From NCBI GenBank assembly GCA_902634185.1, contig CACPJC010000002.1:64001-128000 (forward strand): DNA of 64,000 nucleotides, read 5' to 3'. The DNA comes from an uncultured Candidatus Actinomarina sp. (GTDB lineage Bacteria; Actinomycetota; Acidimicrobiia; Actinomarinales; Actinomarinaceae). This document shows, piece by piece, positions 29,510 through 39,270 of this stretch. Under the pieces are notes generated by a model. It worked only from the letters and a program-made list of their open reading frames with translations, was not told where the DNA came from and did no database searches. The position numbers and the translations under genes are program-made. Positions within the stretch are counted from its first letter, which is position 1; each line of letters starts with the position of its first letter.

Positions 29510-29910
29510 AAATCTAATTGTTCAATCCAATTACTTATATCTTTGACAGTTTGATTATATATTTCCATAGCATGCTCGTCTGATTCATATGAGTCTTTGC
29601 TTGGGTCCTCAAAAGAGTTATGTATTTTATTTTTTGCATTGTGAAAGGTCGGACAAATTTCATTTGCAGAATCACAGACGGTAAGTACATAATCGAACTC
29701 TTGATCAACAAAATCATCCACTAATTTTGGATAGTTGTTAGATATATCAATGTTTGCATCTTTCATGGCTCTTATTGCATAAGGGTTGACGTTTAACTCT
29801 GGTTTTGTTCCAGCTGAATGTATTTCGTAATCTGGATATTTTGATTTTAGTAATCCTTCAGCAATTTGAGATCTACAGGAGTTTCCCGTACAGAGGACAA
29901 TAATTTTCAT
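29506..29910 (-). CDS. arsC: Arsenate reductase (LMW-PTP family)
   Basis: CTGNSCRSQIAE, TVCD...CP, FEDP. Confidence 0.88.
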   Translation of the reverse strand: MKIIVLCTGNSCRSQIAEGLLKSKYPDYEIHSAGTKPELNVNPYAIRAMKDANIDISNNYPKLVDDFVDQEFDYVLTVCDSANEICPTFHNAKNKIHNSFEDPSKDSYESDEHAMEIYNQTVKDISNWIEQLDF

Positions 29911-29943
29911 GTTTCTATTTTAAATCACAGGTATTCTTTAAGT

Positions 29944-30240
29944 ATGACTTCTGAAGAAAAGAAAGAGAAAAAAATTACAAGAACAATGGAAAAAGTAATT
30001 ATGTCATTCATGTACTTACTTTTTGGATTTATGTTTTTAGGAGTAGCATTTAGTAGAGAGCTATCAGGTCTTTTTGTAGTTGTACCCCTGAGTGCCTTCA
30101 GCATAGGTTTAACAAAATGGGGTTTAAAATGGCAGAATGATCGCTATCTAAGATCTGCAAAAAATGTTGATGACATTCAAGAACTATCAAAAAAAATAGA
30201 TGATATTCATATAAGATTAAATAGACTTGAGTCAGAATGA
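29944..30240 (+). CDS. Two-TM protein with C-terminal coiled coil
   Basis: ORF track; likely start MTSEEKK at 29944. Confidence 0.65.
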   Translation: MTSEEKKEKKITRTMEKVIMSFMYLLFGFMFLGVAFSRELSGLFVVVPLSAFSIGLTKWGLKWQNDRYLRSAKNVDDIQELSKKIDDIHIRLNRLESE

Positions 30241-30719
30241 TTTCCATTGAACTTTTAACAAAACATATGGCTTGGGCAAACCAAGAGATCTATAAAGAGA
30301 TAAAAAAACTTGACCCGGAAGTGCTGGATTACTATGTCATTGATAAAGAATGGACAGTTAGAACAATTATGGTTCATATTGTTACTGCATCATATTTATA
30401 CAGTCAAAGGCTGCAAGAAAAACCATTTTCTAAAATTGAATTTGATATGGAGAGTCCAGATTTAATTGATGATCTAATCGATGCACTTGAAAATATCGAT
30501 AAAGATTTAATTGAACAGTCTTACAGAGAAGATGAAGAGGTTACGTTTGAAACATCAAAGGGAGAAAGTTCTGGAAAAGTCTCGGTTATATTATCTATGA
30601 TGATATTTCACGCTACAGAACATAGAGCTCAAATAGTTGCTGCTTTGGATAAAAATAACGAAAGAAGTATAAATCTTGATGAATATAGTATTTTTGGATA
30701 TCTTCGGGAAAATAATTAA
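30237..30719 (+). CDS. DinB family protein
   Basis: HMAWAN, H.V, H.TEHRAQ metal triad. Confidence 0.85.
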   Translation: MISIELLTKHMAWANQEIYKEIKKLDPEVLDYYVIDKEWTVRTIMVHIVTASYLYSQRLQEKPFSKIEFDMESPDLIDDLIDALENIDKDLIEQSYREDEEVTFETSKGESSGKVSVILSMMIFHATEHRAQIVAALDKNNERSINLDEYSIFGYLRENN

Positions 30720-31021
30720 ATAGTTTCTTTATTTACCCAATCATCATATTCAGGCAAAGTATAAGTGGGTTTTATCGTAGTAATCTTTGGAAGTTCATAA
30801 GTGTGCTTTTCTTGTAATGTTTCAATCAACTGATCATGTAGTGACTCTTTTGAGTAAAGATTAATTTCATATTCAGATTCTTGTTGGATTTTCCCTTCCC
30901 ATTTGTAAATGGATTGAATTTTGGTAAAGGTCCCACATGCAATAAGTTGTTTGTTGACAAGATAATTTGTTAACTCTCTTGCGTCCTCTTCGGATCCAAT
31001 TGTTGTTTGAATTATTATCAC
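30716..31021 (-). CDS. cutA: Divalent cation tolerance protein CutA
   Basis: LIAC, SIYKWEGKI, HTYELP, Y..W. Confidence 0.9.
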   Translation of the reverse strand: MIIIQTTIGSEEDARELTNYLVNKQLIACGTFTKIQSIYKWEGKIQQESEYEINLYSKESLHDQLIETLQEKHTYELPKITTIKPTYTLPEYDDWVNKETI

Positions 31022-31863
31022 AAGATATCTTTCATCCCAATTTTATCTAAAGTATAGTTCCATAATGTTTCTCTCTCTTGAAGGTTATAGGCAAGTTTGT
31101 TTGCTTTATATGTTGAAGGTTTTCCATATTGATGAATTATTTTTGGAGCATAAACTCTTTCTTTTTCTAATTCAGCTGTTGTGCTTGCTTCAATCACAGG
31201 AGCTACTCCTGTAGATACATTTGTCTTAAATTTATCGATTATTTTATAGCTCAAGCTTGGATTACTCCTTCTGTATAGTCTTGACCTAGTAACCCCTGGG
31301 TGAGCAACTACAACATCTGTTTCAAAATTTGTTATGTTTTTATCGAGTTCAAATGAAAACATTGTTCTATATAGGTTTGAATAGTTGTACCAAGTCCAGG
31401 GACTATATATGGACTCATCTTCTAGCCTCTCGTATCTCATCTCCTTTATAAAATACATTGCGATACTTGAAATTTGAACAATTCTAGAGCTCACGACATT
31501 CTTCATTAGATCCAACATCATTAAAGTTAAGTAAGTTGAGCCAAAATAGTTTGTCGCCAGTGTGGATTCAAGCCCTTCTTTAGTTTTTGAAAAAGGAACA
31601 TACATTATTCCAGCGTTGCTATAAAAAATATCAATATTTTTAAAATTACTGGTTAGGTTATTGTAAAAATTATCAATACTTTCATAGTCGGTCATATCCA
31701 GTTTTATAAATTTTGAATTTTTACCAATCTCTTTTTCAGCAGCTATTCCTTTTTCTTGATTCCTACAACCCAAAACTACAAAATACCCTTTGCTTTCGTA
31801 TATTTTTGCAGCTGCATATCCAATTCCTGAATTTGCACCGGTGATTACAACAACCTTATCCAT
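31018..31863 (-). CDS. Short-chain dehydrogenase/reductase (retinol dehydrogenase-like)
   Basis: TGANSGIG, NAGIM, HPG; YxxxK appears as YNYSN (catalytic Lys replaced). Confidence 0.85.
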   Translation of the reverse strand: MDKVVVITGANSGIGYAAAKIYESKGYFVVLGCRNQEKGIAAEKEIGKNSKFIKLDMTDYESIDNFYNNLTSNFKNIDIFYSNAGIMYVPFSKTKEGLESTLATNYFGSTYLTLMMLDLMKNVVSSRIVQISSIAMYFIKEMRYERLEDESIYSPWTWYNYSNLYRTMFSFELDKNITNFETDVVVAHPGVTRSRLYRRSNPSLSYKIIDKFKTNVSTGVAPVIEASTTAELEKERVYAPKIIHQYGKPSTYKANKLAYNLQERETLWNYTLDKIGMKDIL

Positions 31864-31903
31864 GTAATTTGATTGTAATTCCTGAAGTGCTTTAATTTAT
31901 ACT

Positions 31904-32125
31904 ATGTATTATCTAATTGTCTTTGTTGCAGTAATTCTTGTACTTAGGCTGTTTAATCTACTACCTAAATTATCGAATAAGTTTTGGAGATACGTTGACT
32001 ATACAATTGCTGGTATTGCATTTATATTATTTCTAGTAAGAATCCCTCCATTCTTTTCTGGGATAGTCTTAAGTGCAGTTACTTACTACGCGTATAGAAA
32101 AGGTTTTTTTGATAAATATCGTTAA
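31904..32125 (+). CDS. Small membrane protein
   Basis: 73 aa, hydrophobic. Confidence 0.6.
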   Translation: MYYLIVFVAVILVLRLFNLLPKLSNKFWRYVDYTIAGIAFILFLVRIPPFFSGIVLSAVTYYAYRKGFFDKYR

Positions 32126-33294
32126 GGTAATATTTTTACCAATTCTGAAATAGGCTGATCTGCCCATTCATTGAATTCAGCAATCATTGCATCTGATGAC
32201 TTTCCAAAGTTTTTTTCAAATGAAGCTTCAAAACCTAAAGTATCAAGGTCTTTATAAAAGTTAACCCTTACAGTTTCTTCACTTGTCTGACTTATTATGT
32301 AAGCAATAAACCAAGTACCTACATCATAAATCTCAAATGGAGCATCAAAACCTATGTCTCTCATGCTTCTTCCGTCTTCAAGATACGTCGAAAGAGTTTC
32401 GGCTTTCCAACTCATTACTTGACTGAAATAATTGTCATCTACTCCGGGCTGAAGTGAGTACCAGTATTGGCCCATATATTCTGCACTTCCTTCAGCAAAC
32501 CATGGTCTTTGTTCTAGGCTGCCGTCCATTTTAAGGTTTCTAATACTTGTTCTCCAATCTCCATCAGTATCATCATCTGGATCGGATATATGACCATGTT
32601 GATATACATGAAAGTATTCATGTAGTACTACTTTTTTATAGTCCTCTTCTTCTGGACCTGGATACTTAGAAGACATTGTTATGATATTAAACCAGTAATC
32701 TAAATTACTTTGAATATAGGTTGAGACCGCAGAACATCCTTCGTCAACACATCTATAAAAAGGTGACCAGCCATCACCAGATCCGTAAGGGTCTCCATTT
32801 GCACAATCCCACTCGGTATTCCATTTAGGATCTTTTTGGGTTCTAACATCGCACCATAAATTGTCTAATGCAATTGCCCCCTCATATGTGTCTCCTACAA
32901 TCCATAACTCGAGAGGTCCATAACTTCCCCAAAATTCTATACCCTTTTTAACCCATTCAAGTGTGATATCTATGTGTTGTTGGGTTACATCCGGGGCAGC
33001 ATATATTTCTATATCTCCATACCATTCACCCCATACAGATTTATTAGTATTCTGTTCATCTGAGTTTTGTGTTGATTCTTGATTAGATGTTGATTCTTGA
33101 TCAGATGTTGATTCTTGATTAGATGTTGATTCTTGATCAGATGTTGATTCTTGATTAGATGTTGATTCTTGATCAGATGTTGATTCTTGACTTTCTTCAA
33201 CAACAGAAGTTATATTGTCTATATCACTGGAGCTAGAATTGTCGCTTCCACCACAAAAAATGAATATAAGAATAAAAATTAAGAGTTTGTTTAT
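32122..33294 (-). CDS. Putative lipoprotein with zincin-like HExxH domain and Ser/Thr/Gln/Glu repeat linker
   Basis: NKLLIFILIFIFCGG signal, VLHEYFH and WFAEGSAEY motifs; start codon uncertain (ATA at 33294 or TTG at 33324). Confidence 0.75.
   Translation of the reverse strand: MNKLLIFILIFIFCGGSDNSSSSDIDNITSVVEESQESTSDQESTSNQESTSDQESTSNQESTSDQESTSNQESTQNSDEQNTNKSVWGEWYGDIEIYAAPDVTQQHIDITLEWVKKGIEFWGSYGPLELWIVGDTYEGAIALDNLWCDVRTQKDPKWNTEWDCANGDPYGSGDGWSPFYRCVDEGCSAVSTYIQSNLDYWFNIITMSSKYPGPEEEDYKKVVLHEYFHVYQHGHISDPDDDTDGDWRTSIRNLKMDGSLEQRPWFAEGSAEYMGQYWYSLQPGVDDNYFSQVMSWKAETLSTYLEDGRSMRDIGFDAPFEIYDVGTWFIAYIISQTSEETVRVNFYKDLDTLGFEASFEKNFGKSSDAMIAEFNEWADQPISELVKILP
33070..33190. repeat. 18-bp tandem repeat (~6.7 copies; alternating variants give a 36-bp period) encoding ESTS(D/N)Q
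   Basis: TGTTGATTCTTGAT(T/C)AGA units visible directly. Confidence 0.95.
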
Positions 33295-33428
33295 TCGTAA
33301 TACTTGTCGTTTTTTATCAACCAATTTATTCCTAATACAACTCCAATGATACCAATAAAGATAGACATATTTGGAAACCAGCTAATTAATAATATCGAAC
33401 CAATAATGACTAAAAAAATTACTAACAA
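33291..33428 (-). CDS. 45-aa two-TM microprotein (not in ORF track)
   Basis: TTG start 1 nt after upstream stop: MLVIFLVIIGSILLISWFPNMSIFIGIIGVVLGINWLIKNDKYYE; fills the gap exactly. Confidence 0.6.
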   Translation of the reverse strand: MLVIFLVIIGSILLISWFPNMSIFIGIIGVVLGINWLIKNDKYYE

Positions 33429-33429
33429 A

Positions 33430-34095
33430 TTAATCTTTCTCTGGTTTTAAAAATGTTTTATTTCTTCCCTGAACCATGTGGTATACATCCATTAATGCAT
33501 TTTTATCATTCTCTACCGATCCAGTTAGTAAATATTCTTCCATAAGTTCAAACCTTCTATTTTTATAATCAATTTTTGTAGGAACAATAGTTGCATCGAG
33601 TTCTTTTCCAATGTAATAAAATCCACTTTTGATTGTTTTATTTGTATGCATAAGGCCTTCAACAGTTAAATATAAAATAAATTTATCCTTTGTTTTTAAT
33701 TGATCAATAACTTGTTGTGTAACACCAGTTGACTTTGTTCTCCAAACAGGAATACCCCCAAAATTTAAAAGTATCTTTTTTTGAACCAAGCCAAAAGGAT
33801 GGGGAATTCCTAGTTTGTCTGGATTCTTTTTAAACGGAATAGGAATAACAATTCTTGTAAACATTGATATTGACCCTAAAAAGTAGAATTTTAGATCTGA
33901 TGCCAAACACACAAAAAAAGCATAAATGCTATCAAAACTTGATGAATGGGGTGCTGATGCAATAATTATTCTTTTTTTATCTGGAAGATTTCCAACAATA
34001 TCCCAGTTAATCATTTTCAAAAATATTCTTCCAAGAGGTCCTAATATATACCTTTTCTTTATGGGATGATTTTTAGTTATTTTAATGTCTTTCAT
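33430..34095 (-). CDS. PlsC-like acyltransferase
   Basis: APHSSSFD (HX4D), GGIPV.R, TVEG, KSGFY; paralog of 41956. Confidence 0.85.
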   Translation of the reverse strand: MKDIKITKNHPIKKRYILGPLGRIFLKMINWDIVGNLPDKKRIIIASAPHSSSFDSIYAFFVCLASDLKFYFLGSISMFTRIVIPIPFKKNPDKLGIPHPFGLVQKKILLNFGGIPVWRTKSTGVTQQVIDQLKTKDKFILYLTVEGLMHTNKTIKSGFYYIGKELDATIVPTKIDYKNRRFELMEEYLLTGSVENDKNALMDVYHMVQGRNKTFLKPEKD

Positions 34096-34207
34096 AAAAG
34101 TAAAGAATCCCCAATCATTAGGGATAATAGGCTAAATATCTATGTTTACAAAGATTTAATAAACAAAAAGTTTTTATAAAATTGAGTAAAGGCTAATGTT
34201 TTAATCA

Positions 34208-34393
34208 ATGAGTAAGAAAATATCAAAATTTTTAGAGTTTGAAGATAGAGTTTTTAGAGCTCCGTATAACTATTTAAAAAAAATTGGACTCATTGACAAA
34301 GTGAAAGAGATAAAACAACGTTTTGTAGAAATCTATTCAAAAGACGAAGAAATTCCATACGGTGGAAATCAGATGTTTTTTGGTGACGATTAA
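34208..34393 (+). CDS. Hypothetical small protein
   Basis: 61-aa ORF occupying an otherwise empty gap. Confidence 0.55.
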   Translation: MSKKISKFLEFEDRVFRAPYNYLKKIGLIDKVKEIKQRFVEIYSKDEEIPYGGNQMFFGDD

Positions 34394-34400
34394 AAACTTT

Positions 34401-34664
34401 TTAATATCTGTCTTTACTATCGTTCTTTAATCTCTCTACTTCCTTTTCAACTGAAAAAAGACTATTGCTTGTAATACCTACAAAATGTGAAAGCAAACCA
34501 ATACCCCAACCACCAACAACAAAATACCACCAATTTGCACCTGTAGAGTCAATAAATATATCGAATAAAGTCAGAGCTAAACAAACGATGAAGTAAATAA
34601 CGCTATGAATTCTAAAACCTATACGTGCTTTTGCTTTTCTAATTAGCTTTTCATCATTATCCAT
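34401..34664 (-). CDS. 2TM domain protein
   Basis: A..R.GFRIH..Y...W.....GWGIGLLSH pattern. Confidence 0.8.
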   Translation of the reverse strand: MDNDEKLIRKAKARIGFRIHSVIYFIVCLALTLFDIFIDSTGANWWYFVVGGWGIGLLSHFVGITSNSLFSVEKEVERLKNDSKDRY

Positions 34665-34679
34665 AATTAAAATAATAAT

Positions 34680-35672
34680 ATGACTCTCGCATTAATTACT
34701 GGTGGATCTGGACATGTTGGAGCAAATCTTTCACGGGAATTAATTAACCAAGGATACAAAGTGCGGTGCATTGATTATGACAATGATTATCGAGCCTTTA
34801 AAAATTTAGACATTGAATTAATCAAAGCTGATATTACAGATAAAGATTCTCTTAAGCCAGCTTTTAAAGATGTTGAGGTAGTTTTCCATACAGCTGCTTT
34901 TATAAGTCTTGATAGAAGATATGAGAATCTGATAAGAAAAATAAATGTCGAGGGGACAAAAAATGTATGTGAAGCATCTGTTGATGCAAATATAAAAAAA
35001 TTAGTTCATTTTTCTTCTATTGATGCCTTTCAAAGAGAGCCGATGGATGAACCATTATATGAATCTAGAAATCTTGTATCTGATCCTAAGTCAATTCCAT
35101 ATGACCTTTCAAAGGCTGATGGTCAAAGAATTGTTTTAGATTTTACAAATAATTATCTGGATGCAAGCATTATTCATCCAACATCAATAATGGGTCCCAA
35201 TGATTTTAAACCTGGACTAAATTGTCAATCAATGATCGATATTGCAAACCAAAAGAGGCTTTTGAATATAGATTTTGGATATAACTATGTTGACGTAAGA
35301 GATTTATCAAAAACTGCAATCAATTGTTCAATAAAAGGAGTTAATGGTCAAAATTATCTCGTAGGTGGAGAATTTTTGATGTTTCCAGAAATTGCAAAAA
35401 TGATAGGCAAATTATTAGATAGAAGAACTTTGCTTGCTGCTTTACCTATATCTTCAATGTATTTCAATGTTCCGTATGAAATAGTAAAGTCAAAATTTAC
35501 AAAGAAACCAAGACTCATGACGATTGACACTATTCATACAATAAAAACTGCACATAAGCTAATACCTTGTACGCTCGCCAAAAATGAATTAGGTCACGCA
35601 AATAGGCCTTTCATTGAAACAATAACTGATACAATTAATTTCTTTATTGATAGAGGGTTAATAAAAAATTAA
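34680..35672 (+). CDS. NAD-dependent epimerase/dehydratase (dihydroflavonol reductase-like)
   Basis: TGGSGHVG, HTAA, NVEGT, YDLSK, GPND, VDVRD. Confidence 0.88.
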   Translation: MTLALITGGSGHVGANLSRELINQGYKVRCIDYDNDYRAFKNLDIELIKADITDKDSLKPAFKDVEVVFHTAAFISLDRRYENLIRKINVEGTKNVCEASVDANIKKLVHFSSIDAFQREPMDEPLYESRNLVSDPKSIPYDLSKADGQRIVLDFTNNYLDASIIHPTSIMGPNDFKPGLNCQSMIDIANQKRLLNIDFGYNYVDVRDLSKTAINCSIKGVNGQNYLVGGEFLMFPEIAKMIGKLLDRRTLLAALPISSMYFNVPYEIVKSKFTKKPRLMTIDTIHTIKTAHKLIPCTLAKNELGHANRPFIETITDTINFFIDRGLIKN

Positions 35673-36961
35673 GAATCTTGGGCAAGAGTATCTTCAAAAG
35701 ACTGTCTTTTAACTAAGTCGAAAACTTCGTTACTTGATATACCAATGACTTTAGCCTTTGGAACACGATTGTAATTGCTGGCCATAGCGAATGTGTAAGC
35801 TCCAGTGGATGTTGACATTAAAATATCGCCTGGATTTGTGTCAGTTGGAAGACTTGCTTCTTCAACTAAAAGATCTCCTGATTCACAGTGTCTTCCAGAT
35901 ACTGCAAAAACTTTTTCTTCCTCTTTTTTGTTTCCTGATATATTAAATAGCTTGTGTTCACTTCCATATAAAGCTGGTCTTGGATTATCTGACATTCCTC
36001 CATCAACTAAAATATATGGTTTATCTCCTCTGTCTTCTTTTATTGCTCCTGCTGTATAAAGGATTAGTCCAGCGTTATTTACTACAGCTCTCCCTGGTTC
36101 GATCATTACCTTATAATCTGAACTCCAGTTTTCTTCAATGCCAGATTTAATTGCCTCAGCGTAAACTTCAAGATCTTGGCTGTTCTCGTCACCTTCATAG
36201 GGAGAAAAGAAACCACCACCAGCATCAAAAACAATCTCTCTTTCAACACTAGCTTTGTTCTTTTCTAAAAATAAAGAGCACTCTTCCATTGCTTTTTTGA
36301 ATCTTTCAGGATCTTTAATCTGGCTTCCTATGTGGACATGAATTCCTGAAAATAAAAGTGAGTCAGAATTATAAACTTCTTTTAGGGCTGTATCAGCAAT
36401 ATCAATTGAAAGTCCAAACTGCTGATCATAACCTGATGTCAAAACCATTGGGTGAGTTTCTGCACCAAGATCTAAATTTATCCTCAAAATAACTGATTGT
36501 TTTCTTTTATTTTTTGAAGCAATTTCTTGAAGTAAAGAGATTTCATTCAAGTTATCAATTGATATGTGTCCACCATTATTAGATATGAAAAAATCTACTT
36601 CTTCTTTAGTTTTGTAAGTCCCGTTAAATAGTGTGTTTTCGAGTGTATCTATTGAAGATAAAACAGTTGCCATTTCACCTCCTGAGACTACATCAACACC
36701 CCATTTATTTTTATCCAATAATTCGACGAGCTTTTTGCAGATAAAGGCTTTTGCAGCATATCGATATAAAGTATCTTCACCAAAAGCATTTGTGAATTCA
36801 GATATATTGTTTTCGATATGATTCCAATCATATATATAAAGAGGTGTTCCATGTTCTGATGAGATATCTATGAGTGAAAAGTCATTTATAAACGCGACTC
36901 CCTCGTCAAACCTTAAGTTTTTTGGTAAATAGTTCATTTCTTTAAACGTCTTCTTATCCAA
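35669..36961 (-). CDS. lysA: Diaminopimelate decarboxylase
   Basis: GTPLYIYD, YAAKA, HIGSQI, EPGR, HCESGD, GAY..MASNYN. Confidence 0.93.
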   Translation of the reverse strand: MDKKTFKEMNYLPKNLRFDEGVAFINDFSLIDISSEHGTPLYIYDWNHIENNISEFTNAFGEDTLYRYAAKAFICKKLVELLDKNKWGVDVVSGGEMATVLSSIDTLENTLFNGTYKTKEEVDFFISNNGGHISIDNLNEISLLQEIASKNKRKQSVILRINLDLGAETHPMVLTSGYDQQFGLSIDIADTALKEVYNSDSLLFSGIHVHIGSQIKDPERFKKAMEECSLFLEKNKASVEREIVFDAGGGFFSPYEGDENSQDLEVYAEAIKSGIEENWSSDYKVMIEPGRAVVNNAGLILYTAGAIKEDRGDKPYILVDGGMSDNPRPALYGSEHKLFNISGNKKEEEKVFAVSGRHCESGDLLVEEASLPTDTNPGDILMSTSTGAYTFAMASNYNRVPKAKVIGISSNEVFDLVKRQSFEDTLAQDS

Positions 36962-37701
36962 GCAATATCTTTTTTTTGTGCATCTGGTCCATTCGGTGTT
37001 TCCACAATAATATCTGTTTTTGCATTTTTGATTACATACTCTAATTCCTCTTTGGGGATTTTTCCTTTCCCTAAATTTTCATGTCTATCTCTACTACTCT
37101 CAAAACCATCTTTAGAATCATTAAAATGTATTAAGTCTATTTTTTTGACTAGTTTCTTGAATCCCTTAACAGCATCAATGGTAGGTATTCCTCCAGCCCA
37201 GGTATGGCAAGTATCTAAACATAATCCCACATTTAGATGACCGATTACCTCCCATAACCTCTCGATTGAGTCCATATATCTTGCAACTGAATTTTTACCA
37301 CCTGCAGTATTTTCAACTAGTACTTTCATTCCAGTGTCCTCAACATGCTCTAAAGCTTTTCTCCAGTTATCGTAGCCAGCACCAATATCACCACCTTCAC
37401 CAACAGATCCACCATGAACAATTACCCCTTTTGCTCCAAACGTTGAAGCTACTTTGCAAGTATCTTTTAATAGCTTTCTGCTTGGATGTCGTACCTTATT
37501 ATTTTGTGTTGCAACATTAATTAAGTAAGGGGCATGGACATAAATATTACCCCCAAAATCCTGTAAAATCTCGATATCTTCTCGAGGTTTTGGACTTTTC
37601 CACATTTGTGGACTGGATATAAATATCTGAAAAGTATTCCCTTTTCTATACGAAATTTCATCGATTGCGTTTTTAGAAGGTATATGAGCGCCAATATTCA
37701 T
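36934..37701 (-). CDS. nfo: Endonuclease IV (AP endonuclease 2)
   Basis: HAPYLIN, ENTAG, CLDTCH, HFNDSK, DRHEN.G.G, ETP. Confidence 0.92.
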   Translation of the reverse strand: MNIGAHIPSKNAIDEISYRKGNTFQIFISSPQMWKSPKPREDIEILQDFGGNIYVHAPYLINVATQNNKVRHPSRKLLKDTCKVASTFGAKGVIVHGGSVGEGGDIGAGYDNWRKALEHVEDTGMKVLVENTAGGKNSVARYMDSIERLWEVIGHLNVGLCLDTCHTWAGGIPTIDAVKGFKKLVKKIDLIHFNDSKDGFESSRDRHENLGKGKIPKEELEYVIKNAKTDIIVETPNGPDAQKKDIAWIRRRLKK

Positions 37702-37771
37702 GGTGTTTATTATAAAACATATATGTGGTTTGAAAATAGAAAGAATTTCTCAAATCAATTAAAATAGTAAT

Positions 37772-37856
37772 AAGACTTCCTTTCGTACTTTGAGCCACTG
37801 CTAAAAGTGTGATAAAACAAAAATAACAGCCACAAGGGAGTCTTTTTGCTTTTTTT
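37772..37856 (+). ncRNA. Candidate small RNA with 11-bp closing stem and two AGCCAC motifs
   Basis: TAAAAT at 37760-37765; AAGACTTCCTT pairs with AAGGGAGTCTT; followed by TTTGCTTTTTT. Confidence 0.45.
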
Positions 37857-39087
37857 AAGGCATTTTTAGTATTTTTTTATAAAGAAAATAATCTCTATCA
37901 CCTAATTCATTTGGAGCGACGGCTGAAACAACAAGATAATCGCCGTTACTTAGCAAAATACCAGTTGGATCTAGATAACTTAAATCTAGAGGTGATATTG
38001 GTACTCCTGTAAAATCCCATTCAAGACCATCTTTTGATGTTGCAACAAATAAACTTTGTGGTATTTTTGGTAACCCTTCTGGTGAGAATGAGAATATTGC
38101 TTTCCAATTGTTTTCTTCTGCTACCAAGACTTCAAAATCAACATATCCATTTTCAAATCTGTAGCCAGGATCTTTTGTAAATGAAATTCCCTCTGGAGTT
38201 TCTGAGGTTGCACTTACTATCTTTTCACCTCTCATACCTGAAGACTCATCTACCCAATAAATTCTTATTCTTCCATCTGGTATAACAACAGCATCTGGAA
38301 CACCCCAAGCAATACTGCCACCATCAGATATACCGAGTGAGATCTGGTTAGTGTAGGATAAACCATCCTCACTAAAAATAGCTGTCATTATTTCTTTTGA
38401 TTTAGTATTTGGATTAAATTCAACAAAGTATCCTCTGCGAGTGCCACTAGTTGTTTCAACAATTGTTAAATCTTGAATTCTTTCAATTGCACCTTGACGA
38501 GTACAGTTAAGATCGTAGTCGCATAAATCAACTGCTAAACCATTTGCCGACAGACTTGAATAAAATAATCGAAGTGTTGTGCTGTTAACTACTTCCAGAT
38601 GTGGGCTGACTCCATCTTGATTAAGACTCACTATGTCAACTAAATAGGCATTTTCTTCAACGTTTTCTGAGACATTTCCTTCGGGAAACGCCTGTACATT
38701 TGATTCTCCTTCACCTGGCAGAGGAGGTGGAGGAATATTACACATATCAAAATACTTGATTGCATCTTCTGAAAAGGGTCTACCTGCGTATAGATCTAAT
38801 TCAATTTGTCTTAACAGTTCAAATGGAGCATTTTCATCTAAACAATTTCTTTCTTTTTTTGATAAAAAAGAAAGAATTCCATCAGGGAACTCTTTTAATA
38901 TTTCATCAATTGATCCCATTTGAGCTTCATCATTTTTTGGTTCGTTATTCGTTTCTGTTTGCATAGGTTCATCGTTTATATTTGGTTCAGGTTCTGCGGC
39001 AGATGAGGATGTAGGAGTTGTGGAGCTTGAGTTACTTCCACATGCTATTAAAAAAATTGCTAAAAGTGAGATGAATAATTTTTTCAC
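37855..39087 (-). CDS. Lipoprotein with beta-propeller glycosidase/sialidase-like C-terminal domain
   Basis: GTG start VKKLFISLLAIFLIACG (lipobox); SEDGLSY and SKDGLEW Asp-box-like motifs, VPD and DP motifs; TATAAT 6 nt upstream. Confidence 0.72.
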   Translation of the reverse strand: MKKLFISLLAIFLIACGSNSSSTTPTSSSAAEPEPNINDEPMQTETNNEPKNDEAQMGSIDEILKEFPDGILSFLSKKERNCLDENAPFELLRQIELDLYAGRPFSEDAIKYFDMCNIPPPPLPGEGESNVQAFPEGNVSENVEENAYLVDIVSLNQDGVSPHLEVVNSTTLRLFYSSLSANGLAVDLCDYDLNCTRQGAIERIQDLTIVETTSGTRRGYFVEFNPNTKSKEIMTAIFSEDGLSYTNQISLGISDGGSIAWGVPDAVVIPDGRIRIYWVDESSGMRGEKIVSATSETPEGISFTKDPGYRFENGYVDFEVLVAEENNWKAIFSFSPEGLPKIPQSLFVATSKDGLEWDFTGVPISPLDLSYLDPTGILLSNGDYLVVSAVAPNELGDRDYFLYKKILKMP

Positions 39088-39104
39088 AAGTGGATTATAC
39101 CAAT

Positions 39105-39192
39105 AAAGCAAAAATCCCGATTGATCTTGCGACCCTTCGGGATTTTCTATTCTATCTCATTTTCGGTCTTGCGACTTCTTTTTTGATAGTGT
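39105..39192 (-). ncRNA. Candidate structured small RNA, copy 1 of twin pair
   Basis: Promoter TTGCGA-17-TACATT; CTATC/GATAG stem enclosing GTC-GCAA-GAC; second hairpin AAAATCCCGA..GGTC-GCAA-GATC..TCGGGATTTT then TGCTTT. Confidence 0.6.
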
Positions 39193-39258
39193 GTATTAAA
39201 TGTACAGGTAATCCAATACTTTCGCAAGAAATTCTGTGCTGTTTTTTTCGCGAACTTT
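39105..39258. repeat. Imperfect ~150-bp direct repeat (second copy 40577-40729)
   Basis: AAAGCAAAAATCCCGATTGATCTTGCGACCCTTCGGGATTTT is identical in both copies; TTTTTCGCGAACTTT also conserved. Confidence 0.92.
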
Positions 39259-39270
39259 TTATGAAAAAAG

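Noticed and set aside
1363-29910. Selenoprotein candidates (HesB, AhpC-like, MsrA, ArsC) and tRNA-Sec
   Set aside because: All catalytic positions are Cys codons in open frames; no tRNA cloverleaf seen in intergenic gaps
33009-33203. ORF with (NQHLIK)n repeats; possible CRISPR-like array
   Set aside because: Alternate frame of the 18-bp coding tandem repeat; no unique spacers and no cas genes
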